Positions 50,441 through 62,914 of a stretch of 64,000 bases of DNA are shown here, one piece after another. The stretch covers positions 1-64,000 of the forward strand of contig NMRA01000550.1 in assembly GCA_002633005.1 (NCBI GenBank). The letters are read 5' to 3'. Both the position numbers and the translations under genes were made by a program. The stretch comes from Phoronis australis (taxonomy: Eukaryota; Animalia; Phoronida). Every line of letters starts with the position of its first letter. Positions within the stretch are counted from its first letter, which is position 1. Below the pieces are notes generated by a model, which saw only the letters and a list, made by a program, of their open reading frames with translations, searched no databases and was not told the DNA's origin.

Positions 50441-51682
50441 GTAAGCTTTGGACTTCATCCTCTGTAAGATTGTTTGAATCATAATAATGTAAAATTCCCT
50501 CTGGTTAACTGTTAAGCAGTGTCTGCTTCCAACTGGATCAGGACTGCCCTCTGGTGATCGCGTGTAAAATAGCACGATCAATAAAATCCTGTGTGTTACA
50601 CACTTCTCCATAAAGTTTAAACTACATTATCTGTGACCCAGGAACTTTTATCATGGCTGCGCCTATGGGTCACAGAAAAATGCGATTTGGCGTGAATACC
50701 GTCATGTTGGCTTTAAAAAGCCACAAACCGTACGCAGTAGGCCCACGTTACTTCAACAAAGAATCAGTCAAGCGAATCTTCCCATTGTACCAGTGTACTC
50801 CACGCAAATCCTTAAAATGACGCCATTTGTGCGTTTACGAAGGTCGATGTACACAGCTCATTCACTGAACTTGCCGAGGCATTACATTTGATCAGGGAAT
50901 GTTTCCTGGTTTGATAGACTGTGTTTTGCGTATCACTTCTACCTACATACAGTATATGTGTGTGTGTGATGTACAGTATTACTTCTGTAATAATAATTTG
51001 TGTTTGCAATGATTACCTAATATTCAGTCATAAGGCTAATTCACGAGCAATGCTATCTACTGTATTTAACTACACTCGTGAATTATGGGCCTAGTACATG
51101 TATTTTTGTCAAAGTTGACTGTGATTCAAGATTCAAGACCTCGTCGTGGATCATTCTCCACGATATGTTTTGCCTGTGGAAATTATGAGAAACGGCTTGA
51201 TAAAACAATGAGCGAATTTCTCTGTCAGCTGGAGCTCAGAAATAGTTTTGTTTTCGTAATGTCATCGATTTGCATCGGCAGTTTGTCTCCCGCTGCACCT
51301 GTATTCACGCGGTAATGAGGTAATCAGCGTGTAAAGACTCATCGAGTTATCTGTGACATGAATTATTGTGAGAGCGAGGGTAGCGCTTGACGTGCCTCTC
51401 ATATTCAGTCCGCAGTCAGCTGTTCATGAAATTGCTTAACAAAAATAGCTTGTCCTTGGCTGAACTCTGTATCGGAAGATTTACTTCCGCGTAGGCCTAT
51501 GTTTAGGCTGTGGCTTTGTGGCCAAGTCACATGGAACATGTTTTGTTTTCAAAGAGATTTGGGGCCAAAGTACCGTGGACAATGAACCCTGTATCACTAG
51601 GCAGACGCGGAACCAACAGGCCCCATCTTTGTGTTATTAAATGTGACACAGGTTTCTCGCTTTTACTAAAATTACTATTCAT

Positions 51683-51752
51683 TTATGTATTATTGTAATA
51701 TTTACAACGAGGGTAGCCCCATCAATTCTCACTGCTTTCCATGGGGGCCCTC
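51683..51752 (-). mobile_element. 3' tail of a LINE/SINE (copy of 4680-4751)
   Basis: near-identical to 4680-4751. Confidence 0.65.
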
Positions 51753-52093
51753 ATTTACTTATACTAATGAGTTCAACATATTTTTATCGTGGTGCGCACA
51801 AATTGACATGCAAGATTCCTAGAATGAGGATTATTTAAACTATTTCGATACCAGAAAAAAAATCTGCTGGAAATGTTCGGAGAACGTAGACGTCCGCCAA
51901 GGCCGCGCGATGCTGCACCCTCAATACTCTGCTACCGCATATCTGGAAATGGTGATCGGAATGTCCGTTTGCTTCTTTGTTCTTTCAATCAATAAGAAGC
52001 AAGTTCACCACATTCGTCTGTGCTAGTCGTACATGGTAGCTCTGAGCAAGAGTGTCTGTCGTGAGTATCCGTCCACCTATAGTGGTACAGCAG

Positions 52094-52330
52094 CATGCGC
52101 ACACGCGCACCCGGGGGGGGGGAGGGACTCGGGGGGCTCAACCGACCCCCCCCCCATTTGACAAGTGGGCAAAGATGTCCGCACAAAAAGTCCGAAAAAT
52201 AGAAAACGAGGCAAAAGTCCACTAAAAAGGCAGGAACTACCAAAATTCGGTGAATGTACCCCGTTTTTTAGTAAAAGGACCACATTCTCAAAAATTTGAG
52301 CCCCCCATTTTTAGGCTGGGTGCACGCATG
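52094..52330. mobile_element. CATGCGCGCACCC-family MITE, 5-bp TSD
   Basis: catgcg... / gggtgcacgcatg ends; AGCAG duplicated at 52089-52093 and 52331-52335. Confidence 0.78.
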
Positions 52331-53719
52331 AGCAGTCAACAGATGAGAGCCAACTGTTTCTAAGTAGCTGTGTGTTATAGCCTTATCGTCGTTTTGCAAT
52401 TAAACGGACCAAATTACTCCATCGCTCGACACCAACCCATAAATCGTGTGGATCCGTCATTTGATATTGCCGACGTCAGTCTTCAAATTCCAACATTTGT
52501 GTGAATGACCGACTCAAAAATTGATTCGAAAATAAAAGCTTACCACCAAAATTTACTTGGTGGAGTTTATGACGATTTTAGTGAAAGCATGTGGTGGACT
52601 TTGATGTCATGTCATTAGTCATTCGTGGATGAGACTCGGACAGAAAGAGACATTGCGCGGAACTAGGTTTAGGAGTCGGACAAATAGAAAGCAGGCCCTG
52701 GTTTAAAACTACTCCTGTGACTAATTTTGGAAATAAAATGCAAAATTAGCGCGAATTTTGATTAGAAATTTGAAATCTAATAGCCGTTGGCAGCCATTTT
52801 CATCGACCACCTCCGTCTGAAAAATGTTTTCAGTTCGATGCAGTCTAAATAGGGTGATGATAGGCATAAAACTCGGCTTATGCAATTCTGTTATATTCTT
52901 AGCTCGACACTCATTTATTTGATTTAACCTATAAAGATCATTCATGCCTCGAGCAACCGTGACTGGTGGAGATAACCTTGCAACTTGTTAACAGAAATCG
53001 GCAAAGTTCTAAATGCTAATTACCAAAAGGTGCTTCTAAAACGTACGGGCAGACGACCGCAGTTTATGTAAAACAACTGAGAACTATACAGAATGCTGTT
53101 TGAAGGTTTATCTTGTTTTCACAATAACAACTGGATTAAATTAATTCATATTTTCAAAAGTCCTCTCTCAAAGATTTCATTCCGTATCCACTGCTCAGAG
53201 TGAACCTATTGGAATATGATTTCCGAGTACATTCAGGCGAAAGATAACATCTTCACTATCTTGTTATTGTTAAAGATGCATTTTACCTTGTCTAGTTGGC
53301 CAAAAAAAACGAAAATCGAATTAGACAACCAAGTCTCATAAGATTGGTCTCATGATATAAGTTACTGTGATAGGATTCCATTTCCGTTACCAAGTCAAGT
53401 TGCATATGCTACACACACGCCATTTTCGAATTTGCAATTTTAGGGTTGGTCAACCCCAATAAACTATGAAGCGTTTTTTCTTGAATGGCGGAAGGTTTCG
53501 ATGTTTTCGTTCGTAAAGGAAATAGAATTCTTTAACAGTAAGGAATGTTATGAGATCGATTTGATGAGAGCAAAAGGCCTACTAAATCGATTTCCGTTTC
53601 GACCCAGCGAACAGGGCGAAGTGCAACTTTAAGTGATCGTTGATGCGGATCTTTGAGTGTTGTTTGTTTGAAGTTTCAGCATCATACGAAGAGTAATCTT
53701 GCACTTTTATCACATTTAG

Positions 53720-53902
53720 GTTTTACCGCGAAGAAAGTCCCCAGCGACTTGGACGCTATCGTTATCGGAAGTGGCATATCCGGGCTGTCAACGGCAGCCA
53801 TCTTGTCCAAGTGTGAAAAGCGCGTGCTGGTGTTAGAACAACATGACCAAGCAGGAGGCTGCTGCCATACCTTTCACGACAAATCTTTCGAGTTCGATGT
53901 CG
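53720..53902 (+). CDS. RETSAT: RETSAT-like exon 2 (FAD/NAD-binding Rossmann motif)
   Basis: tttag|GT...G|gtaatt; [60 protein letters not shown](G). Confidence 0.95.
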
Positions 53903-54309
53903 GTAATTATGACCCTGATTTTTGCCCACAAAATTATGCCATGCCCTCGAGAAACTGAACACTTTCCAAAAAGGAATTTGTTTTGCCGGCAGGTCAGTTT
54001 CCGTTGAACAAAAGGTGAAGTTGTTATGATTACTTGTGTATACTGTATGATATACGCTGGTAATAGAAGTTGATCAATGCAAATAACGGTAGTCATCAAA
54101 GTTCAGATTGCAGAAATATGCTCGTTGTTTTGTCAATTAATCCTATACTAATTTTCACGTGTCATTCACATGTGCACTTCTTGAGAGCGGCTGTCAACGG
54201 CTGCTATAGTATTAAGCAATTATCAACAACTGAAATTTGATGCAGAAAAAAAAATTGTTGTTTTTATGTGCGTTCACGTGCATCCCATTGACTTTTGATT
54301 CATCTGCAG

Positions 54310-54419
54310 GACTTCACTATGTGGGTAACATGGGATACGGCAAAGACATGCGGGTGCTTATGGACTTGTTGACAGATGGTCAGTTACAATGGGAACCCCT
54401 CTCGCCTGTGTTTGACGAG
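54310..54419 (+). CDS. RETSAT: RETSAT-like exon 3
   Basis: ctgcag|GA...GAG|gtattg; LHYVGNMGYGKDMRVLMDLLTDGQLQWEPLSPVFDE. Confidence 0.93.
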
Positions 54420-55720
54420 GTATTGATTGACCCGTTGGGTCTCGAGAAATCCTGAACCGAACTTGAGCTGAAAATCCCGGCTATTCATTTTTGATATTGT
54501 CTATTCTTTACTCGTCTGTACAATTCATCTGTTGGCTATTAGAGAGTCAAATTTTTTCAAAAAACGTATCGTGTTTTCGGAATTTATAAGAAAAATCATC
54601 GAACATGGTTTGAGCCAGAGTTCGGAGATATGATTTCGGACCTGGATTGTTCAACTGAGAATATTGAAGAATGTTTACCGTGTAGACGTGACTTTCCGGC
54701 TTTTTGTTGAGAATATAGATAGCAAAGGTGGAGCTGTGAATGTGTTGGAATATAGCTACCTGTGTCCGATTGCATGAAACAGTCCCAAATCAAAGACTCA
54801 ACTAAGTTCCCTAAATTACTGCGTATTTGTGGACTTGTGAAAACGCTCATCGTCCTTTCTCATGCTGTTTAAGTTTCATTACTTATTCAGTTTTGGCTTT
54901 GATTCAAATCGAGGGTAAGCTCTATGTTGAATTTTCAATATTGTCGAAAATAAATAGGTATCTTTTCCTGCAACGACCCCAAAGTAAGGACTGAGTCCTT
55001 ATTCATTTTCGTTGAACCCAGGGCTCAGTTTTTAGTTATATCATTGGAAAATGTCCTTAATCAAGGAAGAGCTCATAATAAAGGCGAAATGATAGAAAAA
55101 GATTACATCTGCGAGTAAAGAAAGACACAAACACACAAAAGATTTAAGGAACTTAGTTTAGTCCCTATTTGAGACTGTTTCATGCAACCAGGCACTGAAG
55201 ACCTCGTGTGTCTTTTCTATGACACTGGACCGCATCAGAAACAATTCTCTCCAACTTCACGTAACTGCTATCATTCGTATTATTACGCCGAGAAGCGGAT
55301 TTCACAGTACCTCATAGCATCCGAAGTTATCGCACAGCACTGCGTGCCGCTGACTCCACTGTTGAATCATAAGTCGTGGAACTGCAGTCGTGCGTCACTG
55401 GACAAGCCATGATTGTTACGTAATTTCTGTTTGTCAACATCTAATGAGTTGATTGGCTAGCTCATTTTACGCAGCAAACGCAGATGTGCGGGTACTTTGT
55501 TCAAACAACGTATTAGCGCAAACTGATAATTATGAATTCATATCGATGCTGGTTACCCGCAGGCAGCAGCGTACAAAGCTCACTGTCCTGTAAACTACTT
55601 TTGCAGCAAGTATTGTAAATGTAGTACACAAAGTTACAGTGAGCGAAGGAGAGAGATATATGTTGATGGGTGCAATAATTAATTTTTGTTGGCTACTGAA
55701 GGTAGTCGGCTAAGCACTTA

Positions 55721-56297
55721 GGGCCAGTTGAGACGGAGAGCTCCTGGCCTCGAATGCAACTTACATGAGCTCATACATGTAGCTAATATGTATACGTATA
55801 CGTCTGAGGTAAAATGAAGTGCGAGGATTTTGCCAAGCGAGGCAGGGAGGTAAAAATCTCACCTTTAATTGTTGGAATTATTTTACCTCACTGGCGAGTG
55901 TATATCCGCACGGCATGCCAGCGTGGTGAGCTGAAAGATCAGCTGATTACCTCCGGTAGCCAATGAAAATAAATTATTGCATCATCTTAAAACAACAAAT
56001 TTCTTTCGCTGGCCAGATGTACTACATTTATACAGTTTATGCTGCGGACGTAATTTACCGGCCAGTCACGGTGTTAGACCTTTGCTTCGCAGTGTGTGGG
56101 TTAACTGCATCGAACTTTGAGTTCATTTCAGTTCATTTGCGGTGCCCCTATGCCACATGCTGTGAGAATTTACGCTCGCGATGAACACAGTCGAGACATT
56201 CGCCTCACCGCCTTACCCGGCAAAATCCTCGCGGTTCATTTTGCCATGGATATGAGCTGCTGAGCTCATTTGGTCATTAGGTCTTAGCTCTCCATCT
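55721..56297. mobile_element. degenerate foldback/Harbinger-like element
   Basis: aaaatgaagtgcgaggattttgcc vs ggcaaaatcctcgcggttcatttt, and agacggagagct vs agctctccatct inverted pairs. Confidence 0.55.
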
Positions 56298-56745
56298 GCG
56301 CAAAACATCAAACGTGATCGCACTTTAGGAACACTATCATTGTTTTAGTTTGTTTTGTTTTGCAATAATTGTGATAAAATGGTTGAAACTCCTAAACACC
56401 ATCTAGTATCGCCATCTTGTGTCTGGGAACCAATATACTCATGTCCCAGACTTAATTGATTATGTAGTGCTTTTGATGCATAAAACGATAGCCTATCAAT
56501 TCTAGCGTATTTGAGCACAATTTTCATCAATAGCGGTTAGATCGTTCTTCAAAATCATTTTGGTCAGAATAAGGTATACTTTTTAGCCGTAGGCCTAATT
56601 GTACATGTTCCTACCAATGAAAATTGTCGGATCCGTGGGGTGGGATTGTCATATGAGGATTGTTTTCCCGCAAATCAAAAATTGGCTTTGTTTTTGTTTG
56701 CGACAAATGTCACTCAAAATTCTTACATTTATTTATTTTATCCAG

Positions 56746-56865
56746 GTTCTAGTAAACAAGCGACGTTTTCCACTGATGAAAGGCCATGACAACCTGAAGC
56801 GCTACCTACTGGAACAATTTCCCAGTGAACACGATGCCATTGAAAAATTCATTTTCGTGCTCAGG
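56746..56865 (+). CDS. RETSAT: RETSAT-like exon 4
   Basis: atccag|GTT...AGG|gtaatc; VLVNKRRFPLMKGHDNLKRYLLEQFPSEHDAIEKFIFVLR. Confidence 0.9.
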
Positions 56866-57580
56866 GTAATCTTTTGAATTAGACGTAGGCCTGTCAGGGG
56901 CTAGGATATGTACGACTTCACTCTCAGCGACGGTTGTACGTGTACGACTTTTCCATCTGTAGCGTCGTTTTTTCAACTTTGCAGACATGCGCAGTAGGCC
57001 TACTTGAAGACATGAGATCATGAGGGAGATTTCCGATTGACCTTTCTATGGTTCTACGAAAATCGATGCGCAAGCATCTAGAGTCTAGATTTGTAGGATG
57101 CCACTTTTCCAATCCAGCATGCAGAAAGTGTCACGCAGGCGATCGGCTACTCGATAATCTAGCAATTGGTTTTGGATAGACGCTACCTGCTTATTCGCGT
57201 CTATGATAAACTGCGCCTAAAATGAAGTGATTTCTATAGATCGTTTATCTACGTGTACTACTTTGAACGTAGCGCTATCTCGCAATGATCCGTTGTGCAT
57301 ATGACGTCACCCGTTCTCTCGAGGCACTCTTTAGAAAATTTCGCGAAATTCGCAGCAAAAATACCCGATGATTTCCGGGTGGCACATAGCCTTAAGGTAT
57401 TACCCGACAATTGGCAAATAAAATCACATATTGCCTATACATATTATATCAGTGCATTCTTGAACTTTGACGTACAGGAATACGCGTTCAATAGTCATTT
57501 ATAGTAGACGCCAAAGGCTTTTGACTGTTCGGGTAACTGCTTAATTTTTCATTTAGTGTTCAACGATAAAAGAAGACAAG

Positions 57581-57817
57581 GGGCCCGTTCCAACAAAACT
57601 GACTTAGTTAAGACAAATCTTAAAATTTGGTGAATTTTTGAGATAAAACTTAAATTTGTCTCGAAAGAGATCGTAAGTTTGAATTTAGTTTTTGATAAAA
57701 GTTTTGTCTTAATTTTAACTGCCTTCCCGTATATGGAATGTTCAAAGTACGGAAGTTAAGACAAATCTTAGACTTAAGTCAAAAACGAACTTAAGTCAGT
57801 TTCTTGGAACGGGTCCC
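57581..57817. mobile_element. Harbinger-like MITE
   Basis: TIR gggcccgttccaacaaaactgactta / taagtcagtttcttggaacgggtccc; internal gttaagacaaatctta repeats. Confidence 0.75.
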
Positions 57818-57818
57818 A

Positions 57819-57958
57819 GGGCCCAGTTGCACGCCGTATAGCAACAAAGACATCGTATTATCACGCGCCACGTTGTTATTGTTGAACAATGCTCCGGAAG
57901 TCATGCGACAATCAAACTTATCCAGCGCATGATGTTGAAGTTTTATGAAACCCAGCCT
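57819..57958. mobile_element. Harbinger-like MITE (copy of 34543-34695)
   Basis: sequence homology to 34543-34695; directly abuts the previous MITE. Confidence 0.6.
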
Positions 57959-58317
57959 AGATATAAGTGATTGAGAACATGTTAACAAAGCTTCGATACG
58001 AAGATAGAATTGAAATGGCGTACATGAATGACGTAGCTTGGAACAGTTTTTTCGCGCGAAAAGTCGGCGAAATGTCATCTGTAATGTTTGATCTGTCGGA
58101 CTAGGTATTTTAGAAAGAATTGCTTTGGCATCAAAATTTTACTTTCAAAAACAGTTATAGTTATAGTTATATCTGGTTACATACAGTTTGCACTTCGCCA
58201 GCACATAACAAAAAGAAGGTAGTTCGCAACACATCGATTTTAGGCTCTGTTTCCTAAAACTTATAAGATCAAGACACGTGACGTCGATCGTTCTAAAATT
58301 CTGTTTCTCTTTGACAG

Positions 58318-58519
58318 GACCTAGAGACATGTGACTGGCCATTCGCTATTTTAAAGTTCTTGCCCGCTCGGTTGAGCCGGTTACTAGTGAAAATTGGCCT
58401 CATAGACAGACTTAGTAACATATTTCAGTACTCGAAGATCACCCTTCGTCAGTACTTGGATGAGATTACAAACAATGATTTGCTCAAAACAGTTCTCGGC
58501 TACGCATTCGGAGATGCAG
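58318..58519 (+). CDS. RETSAT: RETSAT-like exon 5; gene continues beyond window
   Basis: tgacag|GAC...G|gtaaac; FAILKFLPARLSRLLVKIGLIDRLSNIFQYSKITLRQYLDEITNNDLLKTVLGYAFGDA(G). Confidence 0.92.
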
Positions 58520-60564
58520 GTAAACATCAAAATGTTTATTAAGTTTAATCTTTTACTCAGAGGTATGTTTTAACGTGAAGGTGACTACGCCGCAAGGTGT
58601 AGCCACAGTCGCTTAATGTTGTGTTCGATACTTGTACTTCATAGTACATATAGTCAGCCGGACAAAACTTAAAGTTTTGATTGGAAAGCCATGTTAGAAA
58701 CAAACAGCTGACATATCACAATCACCTAGCAAACACTGATCACTGATTAGGGGTTGTCAGGGTCAAAATTGCAAATTAACAAAGTTATTAACGTTTTAAA
58801 TTGGGATTGTTCTCTTTTTAAAGAGGATAATCCCAACTTAAAAGTTCGCCATATGATAACGAGGTGACAAGGTAGATAATTAGCGCGTCTATAAACAAAG
58901 ACATTGTATTAATCGTCATTTCGGTTCATTGTCCAGCTGTGTTGATTTCTGGTATCTCCCCTCACAATGGATTTTGACGTGTACCTGTGCAGTCTGTTCT
59001 CGACCTGTGTTACCTGACTGGAGTATTGTGAACATTTGTCTTTAGAATGCTTTAGTGACAATAAACCGAAACGTCGATTAAAGTTCGTACTCACATGTTG
59101 GCCAAAAAACAAATGAGATCAAAGTCACTAATTTTTGGTCATATAAGCACCGCTCTCATTGGTTAATGTCTGGCTGACGTGGTTTACAATATAGCCAACG
59201 AAAATCAGGGTCACATACATAGCACTACTTCATTAGTCAGCCGACTAAAATGATGGCCAAGTCAAGTTAGAAGCATGGCAGCCATGCTCAGAGTATTTAT
59301 TGTGATCCTCCCTTGAAAGTTAGGGGTGTTGCCAAGCTGAAATATGCGCCATTGTCATTGTAACCAGGTTTTTTCCACTCAACGTCCTTAATTTTTGGTT
59401 TGGGGCAAATTAGAAACATGCAAACTCGTCAAAAATACTTTAGTCGCCTTGTTGTTGAATTGTGCGTCATTACCATGGTTATCTGGTACAACCAAGATCA
59501 TCAATTTTAAGGTTAATAATGGTAGTCCTGTTAAAAGGCAGGTAATCATGATCCAATAATTTTAGTGTCCCTCCCTAAAAATTTAGAACAGTTGTCAAGC
59601 TTGAACGTGTGCTGTTGCCATGGTAACCAGCCATGTTTTGAAATTCCAGTTTATAGTGTGCTGCACTCGTCCCATATCAGCGTATTTTTGGAGAATATAA
59701 ATGGTCTACATCAAACAATGATCGCTCTATCACATATATATCATAACCAATGGGAACTACTGTATCGAAACTTGAAAATAGCTTTGTTAAAAATATAACA
59801 GCTGCGTACACCTAATGCATTTGATTTAATAACTGAAACCAAAGACTCGTAGGTCAAAACCGGTAGCACTAATTTGGAAATCGAAAAATATTTACCATAT
59901 CAACTACTGCAAATAATCCTGACAACTTCGCTTTCAGCAACATAAACGCTGCATCAAACGTATACAACAGAATGATATAAATAAAGCAAATACAGGTAGC
60001 TGTAGCCTTACCAATCCTATAAAGGATAACCCTGACAGGATATATGCATATTCATCACTAGCATTCAAGGCAAGGCCGACGGCATTAATAAAACGTGTTC
60101 ACAGTGTTCGTGTACGAAAGTACATGATTCTGTTTAGATTAGTTTTTGGCGCAAAACTTGCATTCTTTCCAGGATATTTTGTATTCTATTTTACAAAAAG
60201 TTTACATTTTGTTCACATTTCATTTGTGTTACAACTGCAAACGTTTCCTACACCAACATTTCCCGACATAGTATTGCTTTTGTTTTATTGCGCATGAAAT
60301 TTAATCAGAGGTCACTTTTCTGTTTTTCTCTTAAAACATGTAGAAACTGTTCTATAGCGCATCTTCAAAATCGTTAAAATTTTGAGTAAACGTGTAAAAA
60401 TAATATAATTTGGAATAAAAGGCTTTTCCCATCTTCCCAAAGTATTCGTATCGTCTGCTGCTATATCCAAACCTCAGTTCCATTATTCTCAAACAGGATT
60501 AGGTATATCACTTGTACAAAGAATTCATGAATTAAGAATAAACATTTACACTATTCGACCGGTG

Positions 60565-60639
60565 GTCCCAATGGCTCAGTCCATTAAGAGTGTCTGCACG
60601 GTTAGCAGATGGTGCCGGGTTCGATTCCCGGTTGGTACA
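60565..60639 (+). pseudogene. tRNA-like cloverleaf (tRNA pseudogene or SINE head)
   Basis: acceptor gtcccaa/ttggtac (1 mismatch), D stem gctc/gagt, stem tctgc/gcaga around ACGGTTA, T arm ccggg-TTCGATT-cccgg; anticodon loop lacks U33. Confidence 0.55.
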
Positions 60640-61831
60640 GAAATCGTTTCAGTCTTATATTCAAAGAAAAGTCATGGCCTTTTAAAAGCCTAACGCAGTC
60701 TTATAGTCGTGTATTTGGGTCGTTGCATTTTCAGTTTTTCCCGAAAATACATTCCTCCCGCCTTACGGGGAAATTTTGCTGTATGTCTAAGTCTTCATTT
60801 TCTTTCTTCCGCACTGTTGCAGAGGGCCAAATATTACTTGAATATCCAGAAAATGGATATTGTTTTGTCAGCCAATTCTAGCTTTTGGCGTTATGAAAAC
60901 ACAAACCTTTGTCAATCTCACAGGACATATGGCCAAATACGGATATACCAATAGCCTGAGTATGGTAGCAGATGATCGTTTGAAGTACACAGGAGCTTTG
61001 TATGAGACTAAATAACAACTTGTGAATACAGTGAAGTCAGAAAGCTTACGTTTACTAACAAATCTCAATGCTAATCTTACGGAATAATGTAAATCGAATG
61101 TGACAGTCAGAGACTGTCTAGGCTTATCTATTGCTTAGTCGAGTCAATAAATTTGAATAAATATGGACACTGTTCTATATTTAACACTGGAAAATTGAAT
61201 TATAACAAGCCCTTTGACATTTTCACGGGATTTGCAGGTAATTGAGCTTACCAGTTTAAATTATGGACAATTTAAACACATAATCGTATCACTCACAAGT
61301 GGCTTCCCTAAAAGCAGACATACATGCAGTGGTTATCTATATGTGATCCTACATTTCACGGGCTAGATCAAACCATATTAGCCAGACATTAACCATTGAG
61401 AGTGGTGCTTACTTATACGACCTGAAATGACCTACTTAGTCACCTCATTATCACTAGGCAAGCTTAAAGAGAATAATTTCGACTTAAGCTTCCTTAAAGG
61501 CGAAGGCAACCTTTTTCCATGTCATTTTGAGCTAAAATAAGGTTGGTTGGTTATCCTAGACATATTTTCTACTTAATTACAGCTTTTCGTAATTTTATAA
61601 ATTACTCGTCCGCTTCTCCGGAAGTGACGTTTTAGGAGGCAAGAGTTTCCCGCCACTTGGTTTTGCGTTGACTTTACCGAGCGAATCTGTTCTATTCTAC
61701 TTTTGTTTTGTGCTGTTTTTCAACAATTGTCGCCACCACTTTCCATCGGCGAGTATTCTGCGGCAAGATAGGTTAGTAGAGAACTCAACTACGTTGGATT
61801 TAGGGATTGTTTAGTGTGTTGTAAGCTGAAA

Positions 61832-62227
61832 ATGGCTGGAGTCGGTGACCCGTATCACAGTGACAGTAGTGTGAGTGACGGAGACCTTGTTCACAGCAGT
61901 GGTGACGAGGAATTTTTTCACGGACATTCAGTGGGTGGGTACATGTTTGAGCCCGAGTATAACGAGGCAGAGTACGCACAGGCACAGGCAGCTGTTGAGA
62001 GAAACGAGGCGGCTACTGAGGACAGACGTGGTGACACATCTTGGTGCAAATGCACTGTGTGCGTTGTTATACCTACCTCAATGGAATGCTTGTGCTGTTC
62101 AGAGTTCGACGAGGCCAAGCCACTACTGGACATGGTTAAGTGGACCTCCGACATACCATGGACAGAGGAACAACTGTCCCACTTGCCAGAGTGTCCCGCG
62201 ACACACTCCTACTGGATGGTGACCTGA
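61832..62227 (+). CDS. truncated KolX / P2X7-ballast-like Cys-rich protein with chimeric C-terminus
   Basis: MAGVG..acidic..GYMFEPEY..RRGDTSWCKCTVCVVIPTSMECLCCSEF; after ~62130 it reads the antisense strand of the transposase fragment. Confidence 0.7.
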   Translation: MAGVGDPYHSDSSVSDGDLVHSSGDEEFFHGHSVGGYMFEPEYNEAEYAQAQAAVERNEAATEDRRGDTSWCKCTVCVVIPTSMECLCCSEFDEAKPLLDMVKWTSDIPWTEEQLSHLPECPATHSYWMVT

Positions 62228-62420
62228 GCACCCAAACTTCTTACACCGTGTCGTGTGACTCCCTCGCCACACACCTGGCACCTTCTAAATACCTCCAACA
62301 CTTTAGACAATTCCACAATAAACTTATCAAAGTTTGGCTCACCGATCTGTTCACTGGACGACGAACTGTCCTCTTCACAGGGTGTCGAACTGAGCCTGTT
62401 ATCACTCCCACTACTCAATA
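62125..62420 (-). pseudogene. Kolobok transposase N-terminal Zn-finger-like fragment
   Basis: DKFIVELSKVLEVFRRCQVCGEGV..GAQVTIQ*ECVAGHSGKWDS..EVHLTMSS; out of frame with the THAP ORF, one in-frame stop, ends at the deletion junction. Confidence 0.65.
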
Positions 62421-62914
62421 TCGCTGCAGGGCTCTGGGGTGGAGAAAACAGCACAGGGCGAATCACTACCGGTTCCAGGAATTGCACGCTCTGGGGTACG
62501 TTCGGAGGCACGGGTGACAGTAGATGAAGTGCCTCCACTGGTTCCAGTCACTGTACTGGTCACAGCTCGCGAGGCTTCTCGCTTCAAAAACGCACTTCTC
62601 GGGGGTGGCGACGGGGCACTGCCGGGAATCAACACAGACGGAATGGCATCCTTCTTCAGACGTTGTTTCGCAGGGGCCTTCATCAGTTCAGCGTACAAAT
62701 CCCTTTCGTAATCGGACGGCAGAAAGTGCTTGCCACACACACGGTAATTCTCCACTGCTTTGTACGTTGCGTGGACGGGTAACGCTGCGTTCTTCACACG
62801 AACGAGCCAAGTACGGCGAAGTGTGTCATCCATCGGAAAGCGATGCAAATGTACTCCCAAAGCGCGCGTGAGCCGATATTTAGTACATCCTGGTACGCAG
62901 CAACAGTGTGGCAT
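62411..62914 (-). CDS. THAP-domain protein (transposase N-terminus), 167 aa
   Basis: MPHCCCVPGC..LHRFP..RRTWL..RVCGKHF..RLKKDAIPSV: complete C2CH THAP signature with AVPT-like box. Confidence 0.85.
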   Translation of the reverse strand: MPHCCCVPGCTKYRLTRALGVHLHRFPMDDTLRRTWLVRVKNAALPVHATYKAVENYRVCGKHFLPSDYERDLYAELMKAPAKQRLKKDAIPSVLIPGSAPSPPPRSAFLKREASRAVTSTVTGTSGGTSSTVTRASERTPERAIPGTGSDSPCAVFSTPEPCSDIE

